A stretch of DNA of 63,076 bases, filler included, from Folioceros fuciformis (GCA_049999805.1; 5 parts of 4 records of this genome joined end to end with filler, not necessarily neighbours in it); one strand, 5' to 3'. Shown: positions 49,831 through 62,689, counted from the first letter of the whole stretch. Notes: generated by a model not told the origin, from the letters alone. Numbers and translations are program-made.

Positions 49831-52778
49831 TGAAAAATATATACTAAGTATTTATGTAACCTAGGCGTATTAGGTTCATTGGATTTATACTATTTAAACT
49901 ACACTTGACTCTTTATTTGGGTGCTTATTGTTGTTTGTTAATATAGTATTCCGGCTACTCGCTTTCTCTCGCTCTTTTTGCCATCGCACCATGTCAAGCT
50001 TTCTTGACTCAAACCCAGCACCTTTAGTTTTCATATGATATCAGAGCAATTGCGTTGGTGAACATGCTATAGTTGCAATGCCGAGAAATAAATCAAATTG
50101 TGGATTCGGTGGTAGAGGAGGATTTGTGAAGACCTTCTCAAGGCCAGGTTTTCTCAAGACCTCCTCGCGCATTCCAACAAGCATCCCTTGCATTGGGGTT
50201 GAGATAAAGACTGAACGTGACCAATTGATCCTGGAGAATTATTGGCGATCTCAATGCCGCAATACGTCACATGAAAAATCTACACAAACTGCCACAACAT
50301 ACACTTGTACCAGTTGTGGACGACTATTCAAACAAGATCATTGTTCAGCAAACCCGCCTGTGAGGCGACCTCTCTCGGCACCGCAATTATGCATGGAGAC
50401 AGCCATTATGTCTGCAAACACATTGCAGGATATTCAGTATGAGATACACAATTTAGAAGGAATCCTAAATAGTGTTGTCCATGAACAACAATCTTTTTCT
50501 AAGAGGTTGGATTCAATAGACTTTAAAATTCATAAACTATTTGTTAGATTTTCCTTTGAAATTGAAGGATTGACCAAGCAATTGCAAATGTTGAACATCA
50601 CATCATGGTCCTCTGAGGAGAAGTGGTCAGATTGATCTAACTTGTTTTTCAGGCATGGTGATGGTTCAGGGCTTTCTAGCCTAAGTGCGTTGCTACCCCT
50701 TTTCCTACTTCTGTTGGCTTAGCATCGGCAGTTGGTAACCGTTTTCCTCAAGCCATCCATGCCCTAGAAAAGAAGTCAACAGGTTAGTTGATCTTTTTCT
50801 AGTTTTGCTGAAAGCCAAATGAAACCCTAAAAAGAGTTTTCTTTAGATAACCGTTTACCTGTTTGGTAGTGGGTTTGCATTTATGTATTTTTGCTAGAGA
50901 CTACCTCTTTAGCTTCCCTTTATACATACAATCCACCACTTATTCCTCCTTATCCTACCTCCTATACAACCAGTTCCACCTGTCAGTATGGCTGCTTCTA
51001 CCTTTATAGCAGAATTGAAAAACCAAGACATTCAATGGAACGAAATTTGAAATATGGCGTGTACATATGATGACCACTCTGCGTGCAAGAGGAGTTGTGG
51101 ATGGATCTTACATGGAACCAATCCTTCCTGCAGCTGGAGCAACTGCAACTATTGTAACACAATTTGATGTTGACACATGGAACTCAGTCAATAGTGTTGT
51201 TCTTGCTCTCTTGGTCCACGAGCTTGATGAAGTACTCATTCCAAATGTGGAATCCCTGACCAAAGCCCAAGACGTTTGGAATCAGCTCACTAATGCATAT
51301 GCTGTTAAGACGATGCTTACCAAGTGTGTTGCACAGCAGGAGTTCTTTACTTTGAAGATGTGGGAGGGTGATAGTGTGGCTACCCACACAAGCAAATTTC
51401 GTCATCTTGGCTCCCGCCTTTCTTAGTTGAACACCAAAATGACTGAAGAGGATGCTATTTCTAAGCTCCTACTTAGTCTTCCTGTATCATACCAAACTTT
51501 TGTATCACTGCAAAATGGGCCACTTGCTATAGCTGGTTAGAACGTGGCAGCTGGAACTCTAGGCAAACTTACCTTGGAGAATGTGATATCTGCGTTGTAC
51601 CAAGAAGAGCATAGTCGACTTCAACACAATCCAGGTGGCTCATAAAAAGTTCGCATAGATAGAGTTCTCTACACCTCACGCTAGTATGGAGGTTCTTGGA
51701 GAGGGGCTGCCACAAAAAGAAGGCAGGTGAGCCCTGTCGTCCCAAGCCAGAGGTTAACACAGTTGCGAAAGAAAGATCTCAAAATGAGAATGGAAAAGCT
51801 GTGGTCAAGATTTTCACCATCTATCTCTCCTCATCATCAAGTGCTCCTACAACCTAGTACCTAGATTCTGGTGCAACTGCAAACATTTGCAAAGACAAAA
51901 AACTGTTTAGCAGTTTCAAGGAAGTTTCCGACTCCAATCAAGCTATCTTGCTGGGCGACAAACGGCGTTCAATGAGCTTACCCATCCAGGGATATGGTGG
52001 TACTTGTCGTTTTCTCATGGCTGATAATTCAGTGCTGCATGTGCCAGACATACTTTATGTACTTGGAATGGCTAAGAATTTGTTGTCCGTTCGACTCCTG
52101 GCAATCCACCACAACCTGGAGTTTCGCTTTTATGGGATAACTTGTGAAGTCTTCAGGCGTACCTCCAATGAATAGTGCATTGGTTGTGGAGTCCCTAACT
52201 CGGAGCTTTACTAACTGGATGTGACTTGTGAAGTTCCTACTAAAGCCGTTGTTATCACATCATCTTCTCTAGCACATTTGCCTGCAAGTGAACAGGCAAA
52301 GTTGTGGCATGCTCGTCTTGGACATGTCAACAAGAATTTATTAATAAAAATGTTTGCTCAAGATTGTTATGCAGAACCATTACCTTCATGTTTCAAAGAC
52401 TTGCCAATTTGCGAGGCCTGCCTTTTGGCGAAGCAGAAAGAGAAGCCTTTTCCACACCATGCCTTCAGAACTTCATGCATCCTTAATTTGGTTCACGCTG
52501 ACATATCTAGTAAACTGCAAACACAATCCTTAGGAGGAGCTTAGTACTACCTTAGAGTAACTGATGACTTCAGTTGTCTTACTTGGACGTATACCATGTT
52601 CTATAAGAGTGATATCTTCACATGTTTCAAGGAATGGATGCTCATGGCCCAAAGGCAATCAAGCTATTTACTCAAATGTTTGCGAACTGACAATGGAACT
52701 GAACTCTGCAACCATACCTTTGATGATTTCCTCCACGAAAATGGGATCCTTCATCAACTCACCGTTGTGGATACATGA
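49831..52778 (+). mobile_element. Ty1/copia element inserted in the gypsy integrase: LTR 49831-50033, PBS 50036-50047, ORF0, degenerate gag (from 50988), protease, integrase; 3' truncated
   Basis: TGAAAA...TTTTCA termini, PBS TGATATCAGAGC, FNGTKFEIWR gag, YLDSGAT protease near 51860, LWHARLGH, LRTDNGTE. Confidence 0.9.
50078..50635 (+). CDS. Intact 185-aa ORF0 between PBS and gag, function unknown (CxxC, C-terminal predicted coiled coil)
   Basis: tgcaATGCCGAGA start 30 nt after the PBS and open to a stop. Weak similarity to the other ORF0 copies (IP..YWRSQ, VVHEQ..KRL). Confidence 0.65.
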   Translation: MPRNKSNCGFGGRGGFVKTFSRPGFLKTSSRIPTSIPCIGVEIKTERDQLILENYWRSQCRNTSHEKSTQTATTYTCTSCGRLFKQDHCSANPPVRRPLSAPQLCMETAIMSANTLQDIQYEIHNLEGILNSVVHEQQSFSKRLDSIDFKIHKLFVRFSFEIEGLTKQLQMLNITSWSSEEKWSD

Positions 52779-53168
52779 GAACTAATCTTAATATTCTGAC
52801 CCTTATGCATTGATGAGTATATCCATCAATGGTCCCCTATTAAGGAGATAGATTGGTATTTTTAAAGTTTGGAAAGACCAGCCTTGACGATAGAATATAC
52901 TAAACATTTTGTATTGTATTATTATTATTATTTATAAATTATGTATTTAATATTTATTATATTTAGTGACCAAGGCACGCAAAAAAGGCACGGTCCTTGC
53001 TCGGTCCGGGACTGAGCGTAGCCAGGCGAGGCGATCCCGGGGACTGAGCTAGTACTCGGTCAAAAGGACACCCTCATTACAGGGCTGGTGTCGGGCTACT
53101 CGGAGTTTTACCGGGCCGGTGTCGGGCTACTGGGGGCCTTGCTTCTTTATAAGCTGCATAGAGAAGGG

Positions 53169-53358
53169 TTACTCAGAGGGCATTTCCAGGAGAATGAGGT
53201 GGAGTTACTCAGAGAGCATTTCCAGGAGAATGAGGTGGAGTTACTCAGAGGGCATTTCCAGGAGGAGCAGGTGGGGTTACTTAGAGCAGGAGGCGGGGTT
53301 ACTTAGAGCGCACTTCCAGGACTCGGAGGGAGTGGGGTTACTCAGGGCATTCCAAGAG
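53169..53358. repeat. Tandem ~36-bp repeat TTACTCAGAGGGCATTTCCAGGAGAATGAGGTGGAG, about six units, degenerating
   Basis: Units at about 53169, 53205, 53241, 53277, 53298 and 53337. Confidence 0.9.
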
Positions 53359-54084
53359 AGGCGCTGGCTGTGAGTTAAGAACCGTTCAAGCTTATTAGTG
53401 CTGAGTTCCAAGATGAAAGCGTTGAAAGTTGAGCAAGTTCTCTTGTGCAATAAAGACCCTATTGGAAGCCGTCCCTTCATGCGATCACTTCGGTGGGGTT
53501 GAACTCCCCACGCAAACACCAGACCATGTAGAAACCAGAAGACATATCAAGCAACCAAGATAACTTTTCATCGGATCACGTGAGTACGAAGGAACGTTGA
53601 GAGTTAACTCTGCCTGGCATTCTCAATGCATTCACCTCCAGACCAGATCCGCAAATTCCAGCTAAACGAGGCTATCTAGTTGTACACTGCCTTCTGTCAA
53701 AACTGTGAGGGTGATATACAATGTCATCTAGTGGCCAACGCTGCCAGCTACAAACAACTCTGACAAGGGCCAATGCCCTGCATCTGAAAAGCCTTCAGCC
53801 CCGCAAGCCATCATCGACCTGCAAGACGGGAGAACAATCAACAACGCTCGGTCAAGACTCTGCATTATGTATAGCTCGAGAAGGCAAGACAAAACCGACC
53901 TCATCGGAATTGAGGACCCACCCCACCGCTTGCTGTTAAGGAATCCTTCATGCACAGGGAGTCACAGTGCCCCTTCGAGTGCTATCATAGAGGCTTCTCA
54001 ATAAGCTTCAGGTCTCAAACCCAAATCCACGGCTACCACTACAGCTGCACTGACTTGCCCCAAGCTTCCATTCAGGGCTTAAAC

Positions 54085-57000
54085 TCAGAACCTACCATCC
54101 GGGTGATCTTCCTCCTTAAAACACCAGTTTGAGTCCAAATCGCCCCAATCAGAACCCAGTATGAGGGAAGAAGTACTGTGTACCGTATCAATCAAAGCTG
54201 CTCCTGAGGTTGATGCTTCTGCACATCCGGATTCCATCTGCTGTTTAGGATTAGTATGGGTACTTTCAAAGGGTCTCTTTGCAGATGAAAATGGACTATG
54301 GTCCACATGCGTTCGTTTCAAACCCTTTCCCTTTCCACACAGCTCAACACTCTTTCCTGCCCCGTCAGTTACATCCACGCTTCTAACTTGCCCCCTATTT
54401 GGTGAGTGCAATCCTTGATAAGCTGCATGCTCACCTGCAGAAGAGCAAATACAGACAATAGAGTCCATCAAGACATAACAAATTTTAGTGAGCAACAACA
54501 CAGATACAGTGACGGAATTACAATTGAGGGATAAAGCCAATTGATCACCAAAAATCTCTAATCCCTGCCCATCTGCCCGTCCACACACACTACACCGTCA
54601 CAGTAGATAATGTAGGAAGGTTCCCTCTCAAGACAGATCCTAGCAGCTCTCAGAGTCAGCAGGCGTCCACACCAAGAACATAGCACCATGCTCACAAATC
54701 ATGTCCAATTTTTCAAATGCACCACAGCTCAAATCCAACACCATTTCTCCTTCCGTAAAGACGACATGTGCCCCTTGCAGAACAACTGAAACATCTAAGA
54801 TCCAGTTCTCACCATCGAATAGAGAGGTACTCTGTGGTTCATTTAGCCTTTCTGCAAACACTTCTTGAACTGGTCCTGGCTTGTGGTCAGCATCTTCCAT
54901 GAGCTCAGATGCACGTTCAGCACCTTCCGATTTATATGGCGCTATGTGATGTGTTGTTAACTGCAGGGAGCCCAACAAATCATTCTCAATTACCTCGTAC
55001 CTGTCACAGACGGATAACATGAGTCAAGTGTGAACAATCTCCATACGAAATTACAAACGTTATGTAATGAGAGATCACCAAGTAAAGCGGGTCTTACATT
55101 CTACGGCAAAGGGTGTCAGTCAGTGCAGTCATATTGATGACCTGCATTCGAGTTTCTGTCACTTGACTGTCACTAGTGGTAAGTTCCAGAGGCATCTCAA
55201 CAAGCTTGGCAAGCCGCTCAACTGTCTCTTCCAATTGCTGTTGTTGATCTTCAAAAAGGTTCTGATTTATGATATTTTGCTCCCTAGAAACGTCATCCTT
55301 GAACAGGTCATTCCCGAACATGAAGAATGCTAGAGCAAAGGAGTAAGACAAGGCTCTCCTGGCTCGGAAAAGTCTTTGCAATCCATTTGTCAGCCAGCTG
55401 TAATCCTTGACAAGGGTTTGACTGGCTTCCAATTTTGTGATTTTGCTCTGCAGAACCTCACATTGCTTATCCTCAAACTTCAACGAATCCAAATGCCCCT
55501 TCCAGCGTGAATGATAGTGTATGTAACGCTTCAAGTCCCGCTGTGCTCTTGCTGCTTCCTTTTCTTTCTCCTCCTTGTACCGGCCACAACTGTGACCCTC
55601 AATTGTACTCCAATTGTGCTCTCGACCGGTTGCAGCACCACACAACCAGCTAAGCAACATGCCACAACGTCAGTAGGATGAGACAGCCTCTTAAGAAGCG
55701 TAACGTAAGTTCTGCAGATCCAACGTAAAAGGATGCAACATTCACATGGATGTTCAGAAGTTCCAGTGGTGAAGGACAACAGACAGATCGCATAGCTGAA
55801 GCATTTCTGTCACCAAAGACTCTAGTCGAGTGACCTATCAACATGCTTATAAACTCAGGTTTGAACTCAAATATCATGACCCAGCATGCATATTAGGGTG
55901 TGAAAGAGAAAGGAAGATATGTTTTACCAGAAAGCCTGGCCACAGACGCAACCCACCAAGTTACAGCCACCATTCTTTTCCACGGGTTTGTGACATTTAG
56001 GACAAGGCTTAGTGTGAACTGTGAGCCAGTTCACAGTCTCCGACTCATCCTTGCACTTCTTGTCCCATAGGTCCCACATCAGACAAGAGCATGGAGAGTG
56101 TGGCTCTGCCATACAATTGAAACAAAACTGCTGCCCACAAATGCACTCTATCTCACAATACGGCTCACCTTCAACCCTTATAGCATTTCCACAATGGGGT
56201 ATGCTAGGACACCATTTCACTTTGGCATTGTCTTCAATGTAAGATTCTAAGAGAAAACGCTCATAACGCTCCAAGGTTTCATGATCTCTTGCACCTACTA
56301 AATGTCGCACCTTCTCCTCATCGCATATAGCACTACATAGATGTTCCATGCAGGTGACACGTCTGCTTTGACCTTCCCGAATCTTCAACGTGAAATAATG
56401 TGTCCAACCTGGACAAATGAGGCAACCAGTTGACATGATAAACAGAACCAAGCTCTGTAACAGTGCCTGACAAGTGCATGTAAACATCACGTACATTCAT
56501 TGCAGAAGCAGTGACCACAATCCATTGTCGATGTCTCTGAACGAGAAACCTCTTCCAGGCAAGTCCCACAAACAAAGGGTGATGCAAAGACATCTGCTGA
56601 CGAGGAACTTGTGCGAGTTGTGTTGATCCGTGGTGGCAGCCCAGCCTCCAGAAATAAGCGTTCTTCACCTTTTTCAGCCAGCGTACCAAACAAGGACTCC
56701 ATGTTCCACCGGTGGTGTATAAGTAGTGTGCGCGCATGGTGAAGCCTTATGCCCAGCACATCCACTACTTTCTTTAAGTCGTCACTCTGCTCAGCCCAAC
56801 AAAGGAATATATTGAATGCCTGGCAAACTCTCCCAACCCTCCGCAAGCATATGCAAGAGGTGGCACTTAACTGGACCCCCCTGGTGGGGAATAGGGTTAA
56901 CGAGAATGGAAAGGACCGAAACAGCCAACAGGAGTCGAAGTACCTGGGCAGCAAGCAATGAAGCTTTGGTGATGACCTGAAAGCACGCAGCATGCCATCA

Positions 57001-57361
57001 CAGTGAGTACACGTACCATTTGCATGACGAAAGACACAGTCCCCAGAACCCTTGTCATGGACATGTAAGGTAAAAGACGGTGCGTAACAGAACACGCTCG
57101 CCTTTCAGGCAACTCACTACCAGCGTGTCCGAAACCAGTCCAAAGCTAGGCAAACATAATGACCACAGATCAGAGTGCCTAAGCTCCCAGCCAGAAGATT
57201 TGTAACGCGCAGACAATTCCACAGGCGGGGCCTTGATGTCTCTTAACAACTGGAAGACACCTCACCTTGTGACAGGGATCTGACTTGATAAACGGCCCCA
57301 AGCCCTCTTCCTCATCGTCGCCTCCTGAGTCGCTGAAGTAATGGCTCGAGTCATCGCTCAT
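54085..57361 (-). CDS. ARI: ARIADNE-family RBR E3 ubiquitin ligase (ARI1/ARI2-like), about 7 exons
   Basis: Acidic N-terminus; RING1 CGTC..CGHCFCNECW; IBR KWCPSIPHCG..CICGQQFCFNC..PHSPCSC; RING2 KPCPKCHKPVEKNGGCN..C; Ariadne domain RYIHYHSRW..RRALSYSF. Confidence 0.95.
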
Positions 57362-57708
57362 CTCATAACACCGGCAAAGCCTGCAGCGGGCGCGATAGTC
57401 AGGCTATTGGCTGTGGACGTGTAAAAATTGGATGTTCCCAGCTCCTCAGCATGGGTTTACTGTACATATAGGCGCTTACGTTTAATACAGCAACGTATTT
57501 GAGCTATGGTTTTTGGGCTGCCACTTTGGGTTCGTTCCCGATCTAGGTAGTTTTCCAGGCAGCTTTTTCCCCTTCACGTTTTGAGTTGCCGCTTCGGGTT
57601 CGTTCGCGATGCCGGAATATGTTTTGCCCTTCCCAGTTTGGGCCGAATTGTAGCCCCCTTGGTCGCTTCCTGCAGGAAAAGCAGCGAGACGCAGCCGCCT
57701 GGAACAAC
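57362..57708. promoter_or_regulatory. Probable bidirectional promoter between ARI and eIF2D
   Basis: Only 347 bp separate the divergent ATGs. Site II-like TGGGCY motifs occur near 57514 and 57639. Confidence 0.55.
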
Positions 57709-60559
57709 ATGTTCAAGAAGCCTACCGAAGTGAAAGCACAGCAAAGGATATCTGGGGCTGACCGCAAAAAGTTGCGGCGCAATGTGAAGGAAAGATTCTT
57801 GCAAGCCCAGGATGCGGATGTCGAACTTCTTCTGCCTACGAAGGTGATAATATCTGGACCTTAGTGTCTTTCTCACACTGAAACTGCTCAACAACTGCGG
57901 CTGGTGCTGTCTCGAGCAGGCCGACGTGACGGTATCTAGGCTTGCGAACAAAGTACACGTATACGCGGTCGAGGGAGGACCTCCACTTCTATTCGATCTG
58001 GACAGTCGTGGAACCGACATCTTCCCAACAGGTGCCGTGTTCCTCGCACATTTTGTCACCTACAGCTTGTATCCGCGTTGTTACCAAGTCCTGTGCTTTG
58101 AAGTAAGCGAAATCGAACAAATCAGGTCAATGCGCAGCACCGTTGTCTAACAGTGAAATGCACCCATTGCGTCTGTTGGCCGTTCAATGAGCAGTACTTC
58201 CTTGGAGGAGCTATGGTGGATTTTGGCTCTTCTTGCGCTTAGGGATTATTTCTTTGCTGTGTTGGAGGCAGTGTATGCGCTCTGGAAGGTCCCAACGCTC
58301 TTACCAGCGTTTCTGCTCAAGGGAGGAGAAGTCTCACGCTTTGTGCTGGGAGGCGCAGACCTTATGTTTCCCGGCATCTCTATACCACCTGAGGGTCTTC
58401 CACCCTTCAGAGCAGGCGAGCCATGGTCAATCAAAGTCCCGGGGAATGATTCTCCCATAGCGGTACTTACAGCAACCAGTTCGTCAAATTACGTAAGGTC
58501 TTGTGTGTTTTTGATGTTCAGCAGGTTATTCTTCCGGATGCAGGTAGGTATCACAGCCATGAGCTGCGCGGAAGCTGCAAACGCAAACTTTCGTGGAAGG
58601 GCTCTTCATGTTATCCATTATTATCGTGACACTCTTTGGTAATGGTACTTAGCTTGTTGATGCATAATTACGCTTACCACTTGATTTTCATGTGACTCCA
58701 CTCATGTCAGTGGGGTCAAGGTGTCTTGCGGGAAGCATGGCATGCTTTTGATGGGCGACTCATGTTTTGCAGGGACATAAGTGAAGGACGATATGTCCCT
58801 AATTCTGGATTTCTTGAGGACGTAGTTCTTGAGGATCCTGCTCTCGCAATTTTGCAGTCCAAAGTGGAGACCACTGTGGCTGTTGAGGAAGGTGACTCTA
58901 AATCGGCAGTGGGTCTGAGTGGTGAGCTTGTCGGGGCCACTGATGGATACCAGCCAGGTATTGAACGCCCAAGTACGACTGGAGATCATTTGCAGCTAGG
59001 ACTGAAAGGTTTGAAACTTAATGATGCAACTGAGACGGGTGCTGATCATCCTGGATCTGGAGGACCGGTCATCACTCCGGAAGAAATGGATTCTCTTCTC
59101 GACAGATGTTTGCTTCAGGCTCTGCACACCTCTGTAAAGGACAGGGATCTACCCATGCCTGGGAGCACTCTCTGGTATATGACTGATACGACTTCTTTTT
59201 CTTTAGCTTGTCAACTGGAAGTGCCCTCACCTGTGCCTCGTGCTCATATTGTGATTCCTTGCGCTATTAGCCAGTTGGAATGTTTCTGTTTGAATGTAGG
59301 GATATGAAAGAATCCATCTGAGGAGTCTGCTCTGTCTGTGCAGGTCTGGGCACATTTTGGCTTGCAGGCCACCGGGTACATTATTGGACATCAAGAAGTC
59401 TTCGCACAAGAAGCTCTCTAAATGGCTTCACTCAAAGGCTGTACATGGGCTGGTGAGTTTTTGTGTATAATTCGTGATCCAACGTCTCAGGAGCTCACAA
59501 ACATTTCACTCCCTGCCTATGCTGGTCACAGCCGTTTGCCTGTCCATGGTCTTGGACCACTAAGACCTTCAAGAGATCCGTAGATAGCTGTACATCACGA
59601 ACTCTTCCTCTCTCCCCTTATCGTTCATGTGTTGTTGGGCTTTTACAGAGATCAGTTGTTAGGAATTATAATCTAGTTTCTGTTGTGGGTCCTAGATAAG
59701 TGCAAAGGAGGATAAACATCGCAAAGAGATTCTGCTGCAAAGTGTCAACAGAAGCCATCCTGACTATCAAGCATTCTCTCCTGAGAAAAGAACTCTCGGG
59801 GAATCAGATGTTGCGCCCTCAGGTGCCAATGATGGACAGCAAGGACAGGTTGTATCACAGGTGGTCGAGCTATGGAGACCCACCCCACATGTTACCCAGA
59901 TATTTGAGTCTATTGGAGCTGACGTCAATAAGTACTATACGGCATTGGAAGCTTCCGAAGTCATTTTCACCTATGTAGAAGCCGAAAATCTCCTGAAGCC
60001 AGGTGATCAAAACATAGTTGTCTTAAATGCAACACTATGCGACGCACTTTACAAGGGCACCGTGAAGAGAGGATCGACATATCCTACGGAGATTGACAGG
60101 GAGAAGTTGCCTAGAGCTTTTGTTGGTCGAATGCAAGCTAACTTTAGAGTAGTAAGGGGTGCTGAATCAGTTGTAAGAAAGGGGACTCTGAAAAGTGTGC
60201 AAATCATGACAGAACGCAGACAAGGGAACAAAAAGGTGACCCGTGTGTCGGGCACGGAGTCATTTTTGGTGGATGCGGATGTGCTTGCCACTGAGCTTCA
60301 AAAGAAATTTGCTTGCAGCACTTCAGTTGCTGAACTGCCCGGTGAGTCTTAGCGTCACTTCTTTTGTGTCGGGTCTTATCTAGATCTCGGTGTCTGGGAA
60401 TCTAGTGATTCATCTGACATGCTTCTGTCCACAGGGAAGAAAGGGCAGAACGAAGTTCTTGTTCAGGGAGGTGTACTCGAGGACCTAGCAAAGCATCTGG
60501 TGCAATCCTATGGCATTCCTAAGACTCATATTGAGATACTGGACAAGACCAGAAAGTAG
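57709..60559 (+). CDS. EIF2D: Eukaryotic translation initiation factor 2D (ligatin; PUA, SWIB, SUI1), about 8 exons
   Basis: MFKKP..ISGADRKKLRR; PUA GGADLMFPG; DIKKSSHKKLSKWL; SUI1 ERRQGNKKVTRVSG..LQKKFACSTS..EVLVQG. Stop at 60557-60559. Confidence 0.95.
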
Positions 60560-61007
60560 TTAACTGCCGACTCTTTCTTGGAGCAACCATTCCATCCTCG
60601 GAAATGACCTTTTCGAACGTGGATTGGCCTTGTTTTTAGTCGGTGTTGCTTTTACATCTGTGGCAGTATGATATGGTCGTTAGTGTAATACCATCCGCCA
60701 GTCCCGGAGTGCATGTTGGCCGGACAGGCATGAACTTAACTGAACCCTGGACCGAAGGTGTCGAGACTTTTCACCCGTTTCCCAGGGTTTTTATTTAGGG
60801 TTGTTTCTTAACGCGTCTTTAACCCATAATTTTAGAAATTCAGAGGTGTTCATTGATTACAAGGATTATATTCAGTTTTTAGCTTTTTAATTTTAAGGTA
60901 ATTCTTTNNNNNNNNNNNNNNNNNNNNNNNNNNNNNNNNNNNNNNNNNNNNTTAATTAATTAANNNNNNNNNNNNNNNNNNNNNNNNNNNNNNNNNNNNN
61001 NNNNNNN

Positions 61008-61605
61008 GGAGGCCCTGGATGGCGGCGGGGTCGTCTGGGAGGAGCTCGCCGGCAGTGGCTTTGAGGGAGTCGATGGCCAACACCTGGTTCTCCTTATTCA
61101 TGGCGGAGAGCATTGCGCCCCACTTGAGCATGCCGAGGTTGAGCCTGGTGGCAGCCCCCGTGACAGCGTCCGCCGGGAGGCCCTCGTACGGGCCCAGGTT
61201 GGTGGCGCTCACGTAGGCGCAGAACCAAGCAGGGAAGGCGCGGTACGGGATGTCTTCGCTGAGGGAAAGGACGCACACCGCGTCCAGTTCGAAGGCCGCG
61301 TCCGGGAGGCTGAGCGCACGGAGGAGCGCCATGAGGACTTGCGACTCCGCCTCCACCATGTGGAGCACGCAGGTCGGGTACACCAGGAGGCAGCCGCTGA
61401 TCTTCTCCAGAGCTACCGAGCCCGAGGCCCGCTGCAGGAGCTCCGACTGGTAGGTCATCTGGTGCTGCTTGCTCATCTCCTTGTTCACGCATTTGGCTGC
61501 GAACATCACCCGGCTGCTCGTTCCCTTCCTGGACGACAGCTGCACGCCCTCCAGCACCTTGTCCAGGAGCGTGTACCGCGGCATGCTCATGATGTAGTCG
61601 TCCAT
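61008..61605 (-). CDS. TEX47/MOT7 (DYBLUP)-like BLUF-fold ciliary protein, 3' end lost in gap
   Basis: ISGCLLVYPTCVLHMVEA....VLSLSEDIPYRAFPAW matches my recollection of the BLUF-like TEX47 family (cf. BLUF ITGxL..Q.LEG..I..R.F..W). GC-rich codon usage, likely ATG at 61605. Confidence 0.7.
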
Positions 61606-62341
61606 CTTGCCTCTCCGGATTGCGCCTGTGCTTGCGAGCCTTAGAATTTTTTGCCTCAATTCCCTCACCAGCCTGATCCGATCGATCCACCACCCCGGGC
61701 CCGTCGGACGATCACGTTTGCATACTCACTCGTTTCTAAGCCTCCTTCTGTTGTCGCAGACGCAGGGAGGGCCAGTGTTCTTGAAACCGCACCGTTTTGC
61801 ACTCAGCCATCTCAATTATAAGAGTCTAGATGGCACAGATTCATGAATAATTTTTTTTTCTATTTACTTTATCTTTAATTCTTATGACATGTAGGGATAG
61901 ATGTTAATGTTTTCCTCATCATAAACTCGCATCCTCTTATTTACTTATAATTCTAATGTTTTGCAAGCCTTACAAACATACTCCTATAAAAACAGTTCCT
62001 TTACATAGTTCTTACCATACAACAACTTTTGAATCAAACTAATACTATTATATATAGAAATTAGATTTATTTATTTTATTTTAATTAATTATTCAAGAAA
62101 TTATTTTTCAAGGAGAAAAAAAAAGGAAAGAGCTTCTCTCTCCCTCAGTTGAGGAAGGTATTTTTATTAAGCTGAATGATATAACCCAATCCATTTCTAC
62201 AATCCCTTATTGTTGAAAGGAAAGTTGAAGCAATGGAATCAATAAGGTATTGTCCAGCCAGTTTTTGGATGAAGTTTAGGAAGAGCCAAAATTAGTTTTG
62301 AGGTGAAGGTATTGATCTAACTATTTTATAAGGAATAAAAT

Positions 62342-62689
62342 TTATTCCTTCAAAATAGAAACATGACCCCTTGTACCCACAACAAGTGAGCATTTATGGG
62401 TTCCCAAATCGTACATTGGATCCTTTTTCCTCACAATAAAATCTTTAACCCTTATAATATTACCTTTTTGAATCAAATCTTGAAATAAGTGCACATAAGG
62501 TTCTATAAGGTTCAAGGTTATAGTACCACATTTCCATATGTCTTCAAGATCCACTTTTAAGATCTCGAATTTGCTGCAAGGAGGATTATGCCAATAGGTC
62601 CCATACCTTTCACTCACAATTCGACCATCAAAAAAAGCATCTTTGGTATCCTCATGAATATCAAAGATGAGTGTCCTCTTAAAAGGCAT
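62342..62689 (-). CDS. Single OB-fold protein, RPA1/DUF223-like, possibly Helitron-derived
   Basis: ITLNL..YVHLFQDLIQKGNIIRVKDFIV....YDLGTHKCSL pattern resembles the RPA70-type OB fold. Intronless ORF in AT-rich DNA. Confidence 0.5.
   Translation of the reverse strand: MPFKRTLIFDIHEDTKDAFFDGRIVSERYGTYWHNPPCSKFEILKVDLEDIWKCGTITLNLIEPYVHLFQDLIQKGNIIRVKDFIVRKKDPMYDLGTHKCSLVVGTRGHVSILKE

Noticed and set aside
61019-61693. Overlapping ORFs such as 61094-61693
   Set aside because: They are GC-rich shadow frames of the TEX47-like gene.
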